DNA of 64,000 nt, from the IMG/VR virus record IMGVR_UViG_3300021185_002017. One strand, written 5' to 3'. Position 1 is the first letter of the stretch. Each line of letters begins with the position of its first letter. The notes under the pieces were generated by a model, which saw nothing but the letters and a program-made list of their open reading frames with translations, ran no database searches and had not been told where the DNA came from. This document shows positions 1 to 9,252 of this stretch, piece after piece. The DNA comes from a virus. Its lineage: Duplodnaviria; Caudoviricetes. Position numbers and translations under genes: made by a program.

Positions 1-120
1 ACATCTACATTGTTTGTATCTTTGAATTCAAAGTAAGGTGCAAGTGTATTCTGTGTTGCTTCGTCGACAATAAAGTCGTAGTCCGCAGAATCGTTTATGT
101 ATGTTTCAACTAGTAATTCT

Positions 121-363
121 TTATGCACGATTATAAAATTTCCAAAGTCCGTATACACTTATAATGAACCAAAAGATTTCAATTATCCAACTAGCAATAT
201 TTGGTGTGTAGTACAAACTAACACTCACTAGTATAGCAACAACCATATTGTTGAAACTGTACCAAAAGCCTTTGGGGTCTATTCTATCTAACTGTAGCAT
301 TGCGTATGTTGTTATCAACAATGCAACACCTGTGAATCCTATTAAGTCTGGTATAGTAATCAT
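121..363 (-). CDS. small membrane protein (CBU_0592-like)
   Basis: 80 aa, three hydrophobic segments; IGFTGVALL..Y and IEIFWFIIS patterns recalled for this family. Confidence 0.55.
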   Translation of the reverse strand: MITIPDLIGFTGVALLITTYAMLQLDRIDPKGFWYSFNNMVVAILVSVSLYYTPNIASWIIEIFWFIISVYGLWKFYNRA

Positions 364-545
364 AATGCTTTAATTACAGGTCTTGTTGTTGGCTCTAAAT
401 TGCCTGCCTGTGTTTCGTGTTGTATAAAATCAGTATCAGCAATAACCTGCTTTAACTTTTTGTTAAGTTTATCACCGTAGTTCATAAGTTCATTACTGTA
501 CGGAACTTCTACTGTGATAGTTGCTCTAATTATTTTTTCCATCAA
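360..545 (-). CDS. hypothetical protein
   Basis: ORF overlapping next gene by ATGA-type coupling. Confidence 0.55.
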   Translation of the reverse strand: MMEKIIRATITVEVPYSNELMNYGDKLNKKLKQVIADTDFIQHETQAGNLEPTTRPVIKAL

Positions 546-658
546 TCTTTTCCTCCAACTCAGCCAACTTGTCCTGAGTTTGTTTAATCTGCTCTAATAC
601 TTCTGCAATGCCTTCCTTAATGGCTTTGAAAATTTGTGTGTCAGTTGGATGCCCCATC

Positions 659-946
659 TTAGTCCTCGGACCAAAGTAAATTACCGTCAACATCTGAAAT
701 TGCTACATACTCAATGTTAACATCGCCGAACCCATCGTCAATATATTCTTGCACATTCATTTCGGGTGTAAACCTATCGTCGCCGATTAGTTCATCATAG
801 TTGTCCATAAAGTCAGTGTAGTACTCTACTTCGTCTTCCTCTATAGAAAATGTTTCTTCTGTTTCTGCGTAAGCAACTTTCTCAGTTTCGCTATTAGGCG
901 GATACCAAGTTACTTCCCACTTAATGATAAAAGTTACTTCATCCAT
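659..946 (-). CDS. acidic hypothetical protein
   Basis: start moved to ATG at 946 (MDEVTF) to minimise overlap with 939..1124. Confidence 0.6.
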   Translation of the reverse strand: MDEVTFIIKWEVTWYPPNSETEKVAYAETEETFSIEEDEVEYYTDFMDNYDELIGDDRFTPEMNVQEYIDDGFGDVNIEYVAISDVDGNLLWSED

Positions 947-1124
947 TTCTTGGGTCCTGTGCTTGATCTTTTTGCTTCTGGATATCTTCAGCGGTAGGAA
1001 TGTTAGGCTGTTGTGCTTGTCCTTTCTTCTTGCCAAAGATCTTTTCCCAGTTGTCAGCATACTTCTTCTGACCAGAGTGTCTACTTTGTATGCTATCGCC
1101 AGTGATATCGTTCTTACTTGTCAT
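939..1124 (-). CDS. conserved small T4-like phage protein
   Basis: NDITGDSIQSR..KYADNWEKIFGKK motif typical of T4-like phage small ORFs. Confidence 0.65.
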   Translation of the reverse strand: MTSKNDITGDSIQSRHSGQKKYADNWEKIFGKKKGQAQQPNIPTAEDIQKQKDQAQDPRNG

Positions 1125-1272
1125 GGTGCCTGCTTTTGATCTTTTGATACTTCTGTCTTAGGTGACGAAGGTGAGCATAAAGGCTTCGTTGTATCTTTGC
1201 TCTAATTTCTTTTATCTGCTTTCTTTTTGATCTGGCTTTTGCAGACTTCGCCATTCTTTCATCTCTATTCAT
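1114..1272 (-). CDS. small basic hypothetical protein
   Basis: hand-translated 52 aa ORF MNRDERMAKSAKARSKRKQ..., overlaps next gene start. Confidence 0.45.
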   Translation of the reverse strand: MNRDERMAKSAKARSKRKQIKEIRAKIQRSLYAHLRHLRQKYQKIKSRHHDK

Positions 1273-1414
1273 GCTAAGTTCTCAGTTTCAATTTGAGGAT
1301 CATCAAAATACATTGGCTCCTCAGTTTTGTTTTTAAATCCCATATAAGCACCAAGTGCTACTAGACCAACAACTAGCATTGGTATGATTATGGTTTGCAT
1401 AATATCATCAAATG

Positions 1415-1855
1415 TCATCGTCTCATCCTCGCAATATCTTTTGCTTGATTAGTGCCCTTCATTACAGGTACAGCATTACTCTTATGCATGGTTGCAATAC
1501 CGGCAATAAGATCTCCAGTGTACTTCATTGTTTCTTTTTTGCCACAGTTGTGATTGCCAGTAGGTGACATTGGCTGTGAAGGATACTTTTTGTTGAACTC
1601 TTCGATCTGTTGTTGAGCAAGAGATTTGCGTACAGTAAATGTACTTCTATCAGCTCTTAGATCTTTTTTAGGGGAAATACCGTGGCAGTAATCTACATAC
1701 TGTTCGAAAGTTAACTTAGGCTCGCCCATGCGTTTGCATTGCCTGTTATGATCAATTAAACCTTTCTCCCACTTAGCAATATTTGCTTTGGTCATTTTAG
1801 GCTTATACTTTCTGTTACGAATAGTATTGAGGCCTTGTGCTAGATGCATAGTCAT
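1415..1855 (-). CDS. conserved T4-like phage hypothetical protein
   Basis: C-terminal GIATMHKSNAVPV motif; sigma70 promoter directly upstream. Confidence 0.7.
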   Translation of the reverse strand: MTMHLAQGLNTIRNRKYKPKMTKANIAKWEKGLIDHNRQCKRMGEPKLTFEQYVDYCHGISPKKDLRADRSTFTVRKSLAQQQIEEFNKKYPSQPMSPTGNHNCGKKETMKYTGDLIAGIATMHKSNAVPVMKGTNQAKDIARMRR

Positions 1856-1890
1856 AAAATAATACCATTGTTTTACTTACTTTAATATGT

Positions 1891-1918
1891 ATTATAGCAG
1901 ATTACAGTGAATTGTCAA
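1891..1918 (-). promoter_or_regulatory. sigma70-type early promoter
   Basis: TTGACA-16 nt-TATAAT with extended -10 TG. Confidence 0.75.
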
Positions 1919-2675
1919 CCAATTTATGACCCTGCAAATGTTTATAAAGAGCATCTGCTAGTACTTTGTGTCCTTCAGTACTAAGGTGTGAGTTATCGTA
2001 TATTTGTTCTTCTTCAAATGGATCATCAACCCATCCTAAGTCATGCAATGCTGGATTATTGTCTTCGCCTGTTTGTATAACTGCTTCTTCGTGAAACGAT
2101 CTGTTTCTTACTTGTTCACTTAACACTGATGATATATCTAGTGGCACATCATCTTCGGGTCTTATGTTAGTGTATCTGTTAAGAAGTACTACTAACTTAA
2201 TATTATTTAATTCGCATAGTGCTTCAAACTGTTTATGCTTGGACACAAACATAGCACAATCATATTCTGTGCATATTCCAAAATCCTCAAATGCTTTGTG
2301 TAGAATTTTGTTTTCATCCTCTTCTTGCCATTGATGACTGTGCATTTTAAAATCACTAGTATACATTTTTCCATAAGGAGTATTGTGTGATTCTATTTGT
2401 CCTGGTCTTGTATTATTTTTATTTTTATATGGGGGTGTGCTGGGTAACAGTTTTCTAAATACATCTGTATATTGTAGTATTACAATATCGTCTGAGGATA
2501 TGTTATTGTTTAATATTTGTGTAGACAACTTAAACCAACTACTGTCATTACTACTGCTACCACGAGCTAAGTGTACATACTCGCACTGCATCTTTCTAGA
2601 CAAGTAGTCACCGTAACAAAGAGGGACTTTAGTTCTATCTGAATAACTACATCCAGCAACAACTAATTTAGCCAT
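1902..2675 (-). CDS. SGNH/GDSL-like hydrolase or acyltransferase
   Basis: N-terminal VAGCSYS, C-terminal DNSHLSTEGH. Confidence 0.6.
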   Translation of the reverse strand: MAKLVVAGCSYSDRTKVPLCYGDYLSRKMQCEYVHLARGSSSNDSSWFKLSTQILNNNISSDDIVILQYTDVFRKLLPSTPPYKNKNNTRPGQIESHNTPYGKMYTSDFKMHSHQWQEEDENKILHKAFEDFGICTEYDCAMFVSKHKQFEALCELNNIKLVVLLNRYTNIRPEDDVPLDISSVLSEQVRNRSFHEEAVIQTGEDNNPALHDLGWVDDPFEEEQIYDNSHLSTEGHKVLADALYKHLQGHKLVDNSL

Positions 2676-3444
2676 CGTAATACTCTAATCTTTCTATGTC
2701 GTCTTCGGTTGTTTCTTCGCCGTATTGTATTTCTATGATGTGACATGGCTCAGTGCTTTTGTTAACAATCTGGTGCCATGCTTTCGCTCTTACTGTAAAG
2801 GACTGATCTGTTTTTAAGATATGGTATGAATAATGTTCTGGTAACTCAGTGTCTGCTCCATACTTAATCTCGCATTCACCTTTGCTTACAAACCAAATTT
2901 CTGATCTCTTAAAGTGACGCTGATAACTGATGCCTTTACCAGGCTCAATTACTAGCTCTTTAACTCTAACTGCCGAGTCTTGAAACAAGTCACTAAACTC
3001 GCCCCATACTCTGCGTTCTGTTGGGTACTGCCATTCTTTTAATATCCAACTGCTACTGTTGGCTTTGTTATCGCCACCTACAGCAAATTCAAACTCGTAA
3101 CCTTCAACATCCATTTCTGGTATGTTGTCTTTACCTCTGTCGCCGCCATTACAAAATACATATTCGTGTTGATGACCAAACGCATTTCTTACATCTACAA
3201 GTCCTTTGGTTACACTGCCATCACTGTCATCGACAGCATACACATTGTCTACCATATCCATGCGTTGAATTATAATTGAGCGTTCTTCAAAAGGCATAAA
3301 AGGTCTGCCCTTCTTTTTAGTGAGCCATTCGTCACTGTTTACTAATACAATCAACTTGCTGCCAAGTTTGGCTGCTGATTCTAAGTAATTGATGTGTCCG
3401 GAATGTAGTGGATCGAATCCTCCACTAACAACGGCGATACGCAT
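2668..3444 (-). CDS. cytidylyltransferase (HxGH) fused to mannose-6-phosphate-isomerase-type cupin
   Basis: SGGFDPLHSGH motif; RVWG..SYQRHFKRSEIW..WHQI cupin. Confidence 0.85.
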   Translation of the reverse strand: MRIAVVSGGFDPLHSGHINYLESAAKLGSKLIVLVNSDEWLTKKKGRPFMPFEERSIIIQRMDMVDNVYAVDDSDGSVTKGLVDVRNAFGHQHEYVFCNGGDRGKDNIPEMDVEGYEFEFAVGGDNKANSSSWILKEWQYPTERRVWGEFSDLFQDSAVRVKELVIEPGKGISYQRHFKRSEIWFVSKGECEIKYGADTELPEHYSYHILKTDQSFTVRAKAWHQIVNKSTEPCHIIEIQYGEETTEDDIERLEYYDG

Positions 3445-3840
3445 TTACAGTCGGCCTCTAGCCTTAATTTTCTTCTGTAACTCTACATGCTTTCTGCGTT
3501 TCTTTTTGGTTTTCATCCAAGATGTGTCACCACTTTCGCTGTCTACCCATGTACCTGCTCTTCTTTTGTTTTCGACTTCACGGTTCCATCTAGACTTTGC
3601 AGCAGCTTTTTTACGCTTCTTCTTAGCACTAGGCTTTTCGTAAAATTCATTCTTTGCTAGGTCTTTTTGTCTATCGTCACGCTCGAGTATTTTCTTCAAA
3701 CGCCTAATAGCACCGTTAACATCGTCGTTGCGTACTTCGACTGAAGCACCGCGAAACTGTTTTTCTTGAGGCTTATTAAAATGTCTTCTAGGTTTGTTAA
3801 ACCCTTCCTTTACACCTTTGCTCCAATTGTTGTTTTTCAT
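3445..3840 (-). CDS. rpsU: 30S ribosomal protein bS21 with N- and C-terminal extensions
   Basis: VEVRNDDVNGAIRRLKK..EFYEKPSAKKKRKKAAA core. Confidence 0.85.
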   Translation of the reverse strand: MKNNNWSKGVKEGFNKPRRHFNKPQEKQFRGASVEVRNDDVNGAIRRLKKILERDDRQKDLAKNEFYEKPSAKKKRKKAAAKSRWNREVENKRRAGTWVDSESGDTSWMKTKKKRRKHVELQKKIKARGRL

Positions 3841-3887
3841 TTATTTCCTGTGTGTGAAAAATTTAGTTTATAACTATTATACTATTC

Positions 3888-5162
3888 TTATTTAGCAATG
3901 TCAAGTGTAGCATTTCTAAAAAATCTGTAATTTTCTAGAGGGTTACTATTGCCATCTTCGTAAAAAGCCATAGGTTTATCTGAACTACTTGGATACTTAT
4001 CGAATTTTACCTTAACTACATTATCTTTCTGGAGTTCTGGAGCATTATACATTAAGTAGAACAAACTGTTCTCTACAATGCTTTTAACTGCTCTAGCACC
4101 CATGCCAGTTGTAGTTGCTCTCTTCGCAACATCTCTATAGTAATCATTGCTAAACTCTAACTCGATGTTGTTATAAATCATAAGTTCTTTTACTTGATCA
4201 ATTACACTATTTTTAACATTCTGCATTATTTCTACTAACTGCTCTTCTGACAATGTGTCTAATGTAGTTATAATAGGTAGTCTTCCTACAAGTTCTGGTA
4301 TTAGTCCATACTTAACAACATCATCTGGTTGTAACGATTTTAGTATTATATTAGACTGGTCTTTTGAGATAACATTGCCAGTGAACCCAACACCTGTTTT
4401 TTGTTTTATTCTTTTAGTTATAAATTCTTCAATGCCTACAAATGCACCACCTACAATAAACAAAACATTTGATGTATCAAATTCTGTTAAGTCTTCGCTA
4501 AATCTTTTTGCCGCGGCTCCTAGTTTAACTTTAGTAACTGTGCCTTCGATTAAACGCAATAGTGCTTGTTGCACACCCTCACCACTTACATCTCTGGTTG
4601 TAGTACTGCTTTCGCTTTTACGAGTTTTCTTATCTATCTCGTCTATGTATATGATGCCTTTTTGTGCAAGGCTTATGTCATAGTCTGAAACTGCAAGTAG
4701 TCTTTCTAACACTGCTTCTACATCATCACCTACATATCCTGCTTCTGTTAGTGTTGTAGCATCTGCAATAGCAAATGGTACATTAAGTTTTTTAGCAAGT
4801 GTTTTAGCAAATAAAGTTTTACCTGAACCTGTTGGACCTATCATTAGTACATTACTTTTTTCTACTACAACATCGCCTGTGCTTTTGTGGTTTATTCTTT
4901 TGTAATGGTTGTATGCAGATGTACTAAGTATTTCCTTAGCCTCATCTTGTCCTGTAATATATAAATTTAAATAGTCGTGTATTTCTCTAGGTGTTGGGAT
5001 ATCTTCTAGCTCTTCAAAGAGTAAATGCTTATCATCATCGAGTATTTCATAACTGATAGAAATACATTCATTGCAAATGTAAACGTTAGGACCAGCAATT
5101 AACTTTTCAACTTGATCTCTATTCTTGCCGCAAAAATTACAGTTTAACTTTGTATCGGTCAT
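3888..5162 (-). CDS. clpX: ATP-dependent Clp protease ATPase subunit ClpX
   Basis: C4 zinc domain CNFCGK..ICNEC, Walker A GPTGSGKT, EAGYVG pore loop, RDVSGEGVQQ, VGF loop. Confidence 0.95.
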   Translation of the reverse strand: MTDTKLNCNFCGKNRDQVEKLIAGPNVYICNECISISYEILDDDKHLLFEELEDIPTPREIHDYLNLYITGQDEAKEILSTSAYNHYKRINHKSTGDVVVEKSNVLMIGPTGSGKTLFAKTLAKKLNVPFAIADATTLTEAGYVGDDVEAVLERLLAVSDYDISLAQKGIIYIDEIDKKTRKSESSTTTRDVSGEGVQQALLRLIEGTVTKVKLGAAAKRFSEDLTEFDTSNVLFIVGGAFVGIEEFITKRIKQKTGVGFTGNVISKDQSNIILKSLQPDDVVKYGLIPELVGRLPIITTLDTLSEEQLVEIMQNVKNSVIDQVKELMIYNNIELEFSNDYYRDVAKRATTTGMGARAVKSIVENSLFYLMYNAPELQKDNVVKVKFDKYPSSSDKPMAFYEDGNSNPLENYRFFRNATLDIAK

Positions 5163-5710
5163 TTTTTACCTATGTACCTTTTAGTGGTTTCTGGTTGATC
5201 AGGATCTGGTAACGGTTGAGCCCAAAAGCCGATTTTTTTCTTTACTTCGTCTTCGGAACTTTTCTGCAATAAGTCAAATATCTCATCTTCAGATAAGTCC
5301 TCCTTGTTCATTTCACTTGTAGCAAGTAATCTTGCAGCTTCACGCAAATCACCACTAGCAGATTTCTCTACTGTGACTATTTTTTCTTTTTGCTTTTCTA
5401 ACTGCTTAACTTTAGCCTTAAGTTCTTTTATTTCTTTTCTGAGTCCTGCGTCAGCGGGGTTGACTTTTGTGACGACTCGTTCTGGGCCTGGGACTTCGAC
5501 TTCGCGAGTGACCACAACCTCCTTTGGGACCTCGACCTTGCGTTCAACTTCGACAATTTTCTCGACCTCAACTTCTATCTCCTTAATTTCCGGTTTGCGT
5601 TTTTCCAACTTATCAATTTTGTCTAGTGCAGTAGACAACTGTGTTAAAGCAGTGCCGTATCGCTCCCAAACTGAATCTAGTGTAGCCTGAAGTTCTTCCT
5701 TAGTCGTCAT
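5159..5710 (-). CDS. hypothetical coiled-coil protein with VEVEK-type repeats
   Basis: 183 aa ORF coupled to both neighbours. Confidence 0.7.
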   Translation of the reverse strand: MTTKEELQATLDSVWERYGTALTQLSTALDKIDKLEKRKPEIKEIEVEVEKIVEVERKVEVPKEVVVTREVEVPGPERVVTKVNPADAGLRKEIKELKAKVKQLEKQKEKIVTVEKSASGDLREAARLLATSEMNKEDLSEDEIFDLLQKSSEDEVKKKIGFWAQPLPDPDQPETTKRYIGKK

Positions 5711-7286
5711 CTTTACTAAGCCTCTTACTCAGTTTCTTTTCTAATGCAGTGATCGACTTTGGTACTTTTATGTTTATGTCTACTTCTTTTTCTTTTTCTA
5801 TTATAACTTCTTTAGGCTTTTTGGTCAACTCTTTTTTCATCTTTTTTAATTCTTTTTTAAGAGCTGCACTTTCAGCCATTGCTAAAGCTGCATCATCTAC
5901 AGCAGAAGGCTGATCGTCTGGCTTCTCACTGTCGAGGTCTCCAGTTGTCCCTTGCTGTTGTAAATGTAGGTCGTTATCTGTTGTTCCCCCGTGTTCGGCA
6001 GTATCTTCACTGTTTCCTTCACTAAGGGTCTCTCCTGTACCAGAGGTACTTGAGGTGTTTGGTTTGTTATCGGGTTGACTGGTGGTATCTCCATCTTCTG
6101 GTCCTGTCTTTTCTAAGTTGATTCCATAACGCAATAGCGTTTGGTTTGCCGCAATCACTAGCATAACTGCTAGTGGGTCGAATACAAATACAAGTAGTAG
6201 TATAAACACTTGTACTGCTTTGTCAAGTAAATCTTCGCTGTCACCACCAAATATTAATTGTGCTACATATTTGATAGGCCCTACTTCTTTTTCTAATGCT
6301 CTAACTTCGGATTCTGCTTCAAACTTTTCATCTTTGATTACAATAAGTCCATCATAGATAGTATCAATTTGGTCGTTGTAATCATCAATCTTAATAAGTA
6401 TTTGGTCTTGATCTTGACTACTGTTTTCACGCAAACTGTTTATTTCTTTGTTAGCATTGTCTATAACAGTTTGTGCCTGAGCTCTATACTTATCTATATT
6501 TGCTTGTTGTACTTTAATATCGTTTTGTGCAACTTGTCTAAGTTTATCTTTCTCATCTGATATTGCGTCACGCTCTGCTTTTTGTCCTAGCCTTACTTCG
6601 TTTGCTAGTGCAACATTGTCAACTGTTTCTGTTTCAGCACTTCTAAATATTCCGCCACTGTCTGTTTCGGTTGTAACTGTGCCTTGACTTGCATAACTGT
6701 CTACAATTTTATCCAGTGGTATTAGTTTATCATCTTGTGCTTTAAGGTCGATAACTAGTTGGTCTCTTATGCTTTGGATTTGTCCTTGTGCATAATCTAT
6801 ATCGCCTTGTACTCTATCCCAAGCACCATCTCTGATTGTTTCTTGTTGCTGTATACTAGCACTAACATCTAAGCCGCCACCTGTTTGCAAACTAACAATG
6901 CGTTCTTCTAGTATGCTGATTTTATTTTCTTCTCTAGCAATCTTGCCGTCTAGTCTTTCTACAATAGCAAATGCATCTCCGCTTTCACTTGCTTGATCTA
7001 AGTGTGCTTTGGACAAGTATCCAAAGATACCCATGCTTGTAATAAGCATTAGAACAGCCACAGCAATGCTCAAATATGTTTTGAGTGCTAGAGTTGTTTC
7101 ATGCCAATACCTATATAACCAACTAGCAGTAAGCAGTTTACCTACTTCTAGTGTTCCTGCCATAACAGCAATAGGCATTGCTGCCGCACTAAAGATAGCC
7201 ATTAGTCCTGCAATACTAAACCATGCCGCTACCCCAGCAATAGCCAGAGCAGTGATTAATGTAAGAATTCCGAATAACATATACAT
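5700..7286 (-). CDS. membrane-anchored coiled-coil protein (conserved in large phages)
   Basis: 3 N-terminal TM helices, long coiled coil, second TM region DPLAVMLVIAAN, acidic tail. Confidence 0.8.
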   Translation of the reverse strand: MYMLFGILTLITALAIAGVAAWFSIAGLMAIFSAAAMPIAVMAGTLEVGKLLTASWLYRYWHETTLALKTYLSIAVAVLMLITSMGIFGYLSKAHLDQASESGDAFAIVERLDGKIAREENKISILEERIVSLQTGGGLDVSASIQQQETIRDGAWDRVQGDIDYAQGQIQSIRDQLVIDLKAQDDKLIPLDKIVDSYASQGTVTTETDSGGIFRSAETETVDNVALANEVRLGQKAERDAISDEKDKLRQVAQNDIKVQQANIDKYRAQAQTVIDNANKEINSLRENSSQDQDQILIKIDDYNDQIDTIYDGLIVIKDEKFEAESEVRALEKEVGPIKYVAQLIFGGDSEDLLDKAVQVFILLLVFVFDPLAVMLVIAANQTLLRYGINLEKTGPEDGDTTSQPDNKPNTSSTSGTGETLSEGNSEDTAEHGGTTDNDLHLQQQGTTGDLDSEKPDDQPSAVDDAALAMAESAALKKELKKMKKELTKKPKEVIIEKEKEVDINIKVPKSITALEKKLSKRLSKDDD

Positions 7287-7350
7287 ATTTACCTATATTT
7301 TTTTTACTGAAACTTAATATTGTCTATTAAAACGGGTGATAAATACCAAT

Positions 7351-8550
7351 ATGGGTATTAATATAGAGACTGTAGCACCGTTAGAACTATGTAGTGTAGG
7401 CTTAGTGTCGCAATTATGTGGTTTGCCTAGTTATACTAATTACGCATTAGGCTACCAATTTAAACATGTAAAAGAAGTAATTGGCGATAGTGTTATTAAA
7501 CAATTAGCAGATCATAATATCACATTGGGCACAAAGTTTGGAGGCGCAGGTGTTGATCCTAGGATATTATTAACTAACGAGCCCGATGATAGTTACTACG
7601 AAATATGTGCTAGGCAACTATTAGAACTTCCATGGCCAAAACACAAAATAGCAAAGTTATTAAACAAGCATAAATTAATTATAAGAGATTTTGTTGAAGG
7701 TGGCTTCTTTATAACTAGAGTACTTAACGAACTTGCTGAGGAAGTTGCACAGGCAAGAGACATTATATATGCGTATGCAGTAGCAACACACAACACAGGC
7801 AACTGGAACTTAGATAGTATACCAGCAAACAAACGATTAGAAATACCGATAGTAATTTACGGTGTTGGTACATATTATCAAAAGAGTAACCTTGTTACCA
7901 CAGGTGCCAAGCCCACAAACAAGTTTTTAGTACCAGTACACAAAGCAAGGCACTGGCGTGTAGAAGCACTTTCTATACTTGAAGAAAAAGGTATTTTACA
8001 AGATGCGGATTGGAGTTTGCATTATATTAACAAAGATCAAGTTACTAGGATAAATTCTTTTACTGGTAGTCCTAACCTTAGAAATCGTTTACACGACAAT
8101 GATGTTGAGACTGTTATAGTAGATCAATTTATTAATAAGCATAAACATGAACTACCAAAAGGGTTGCCGTATGATGATGCAGTTATATTTTCTGATCATA
8201 TGAATTTAAATTCTAACTGGCAAGAGTACGAATGGTACATTGGTATTGAAACGCACAATGACAAGTTTTTAATTACTGAAAAATGTTTGAAAGGATTTGT
8301 ATTAGGATTGCCTTCTGTTATAATATCTACTAAAAACTTTAATCAACATTTATCCAATTTTGGTTTTGAGATGCAAGGTAACTACGACTATGCAGATACA
8401 CTCAACGAGAGAATATCTTTAGCATCAGAGTTTATAAAAACAAACAAAGGCGACAAGGATATAGCAAGACACAATCAAGAATTATTAAGGAACAATGAGT
8501 TCTTATCTTCTTTAATTGTAAAACCGCTTGTGGAACTTTTGGGAGTATAG
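7351..8550 (+). CDS. putative glycosyltransferase-like protein (ITEK family)
   Basis: WYIGIETHNDKFLITEK..LPSVII; start placed at ATG 5 nt after ATAAATA. Confidence 0.55.
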   Translation: MGINIETVAPLELCSVGLVSQLCGLPSYTNYALGYQFKHVKEVIGDSVIKQLADHNITLGTKFGGAGVDPRILLTNEPDDSYYEICARQLLELPWPKHKIAKLLNKHKLIIRDFVEGGFFITRVLNELAEEVAQARDIIYAYAVATHNTGNWNLDSIPANKRLEIPIVIYGVGTYYQKSNLVTTGAKPTNKFLVPVHKARHWRVEALSILEEKGILQDADWSLHYINKDQVTRINSFTGSPNLRNRLHDNDVETVIVDQFINKHKHELPKGLPYDDAVIFSDHMNLNSNWQEYEWYIGIETHNDKFLITEKCLKGFVLGLPSVIISTKNFNQHLSNFGFEMQGNYDYADTLNERISLASEFIKTNKGDKDIARHNQELLRNNEFLSSLIVKPLVELLGV

Positions 8551-8659
8551 TGGCCCCCACTCGTCAGTGAGGGAAGCCAACTACGTTCTAAACTTCATAG
8601 TATATCATCATATAGTACTGTGATCGGCCGTCGCCGGGCACACAGTAACGCCCTATAAT
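8551..8659. other. GC-rich cluster of four hairpins between convergent genes (terminator or ncRNA)
   Basis: TGGC..GCCA, CATAGTA/TACTGTG, CGGC/GCCG and GGGC/GCCC stems. Confidence 0.5.
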
Positions 8660-8662
8660 TGT

Positions 8663-9139
8663 TTAACTAAATTTTACTTTAGTATGGTCGTTAAGTTCAA
8701 CAGTTGCACTATTATGCTCGTGTTCTCTTACTGTAGTCTTTTGTACCCAACATCTTCCATTTGTTAATTCTTTAACAATTTCATCTGCTTTGTCAAAAGC
8801 CATTTCAGCAAATCTTTCACAACCTGTATGCGATACTACTCGCATATCAATTAGACCTTTGTCTTGTAACATTTGAATAGTTTCCATTTCTGGGTCATTC
8901 TCTGCTACTAAGTAAGTATGATCAAACATGTGCTTCAACCATTCTTTAAGTGGCTTCAAACCACCAAAGTCTACTATCCAGTTACGCTCATCAAGTTCGT
9001 CTCCACCGAAAGTAAATTCGAACTGCAAAGCATAGCCATGAATTAAATTGCAATGACTATCAGCTCGCCATTGTCTAAACGCACAACTGTGTCCAGTTGA
9101 ATGCGAATATGTTTTACCTGAATAAAATCTCTTATTCAT
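8663..9139 (-). CDS. queD: 6-carboxytetrahydropterin synthase (QueD/PTPS)
   Basis: HSCAFRQW..HCNLIHGY, VDFG, FDH, CERFA, VREH motifs. Confidence 0.9.
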   Translation of the reverse strand: MNKRFYSGKTYSHSTGHSCAFRQWRADSHCNLIHGYALQFEFTFGGDELDERNWIVDFGGLKPLKEWLKHMFDHTYLVAENDPEMETIQMLQDKGLIDMRVVSHTGCERFAEMAFDKADEIVKELTNGRCWVQKTTVREHEHNSATVELNDHTKVKFS

Positions 9140-9220
9140 TTGTATCTCCTAAATAATTAGAAGGCCATTAGTGCGGAATATTTATAGTGGGTCGATGCCT
9201 TAATGTTTCCATCCACTTGG
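9140..9220 (-). promoter_or_regulatory. structured queD leader with SD-sequestering hairpin and internal late box TATAAATA
   Basis: CTTCTAA pairs with TTAGGAG; upstream hairpin loop ATTAAGGC is complementary to GCCTTCTAAT. Confidence 0.5.
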
Positions 9221-9224
9221 TAAT

Positions 9225-9252
9225 ATTATACACGAACAATGTTCAATGTCAA
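9225..9252 (-). promoter_or_regulatory. sigma70-type promoter for queD
   Basis: TTGACA-16 nt-TATAAT. Confidence 0.7.

Noticed and set aside
8551-8580. CTGACGA hammerhead-like core on the minus strand
   Set aside because: No GAAA or stem III follows
8663-9139. Complete 7-deazaguanine DNA-modification system
   Set aside because: Only queD is in this window; folE, queC, queE and dpdA are not seen and would need to be sought elsewhere in the genome
9170-9220. Canonical preQ1-I riboswitch call
   Set aside because: Loop is longer, lacks the conserved UUC start, and the A-rich tail coincides with a TATAAATA promoter; kept only as an unclassified switch candidate
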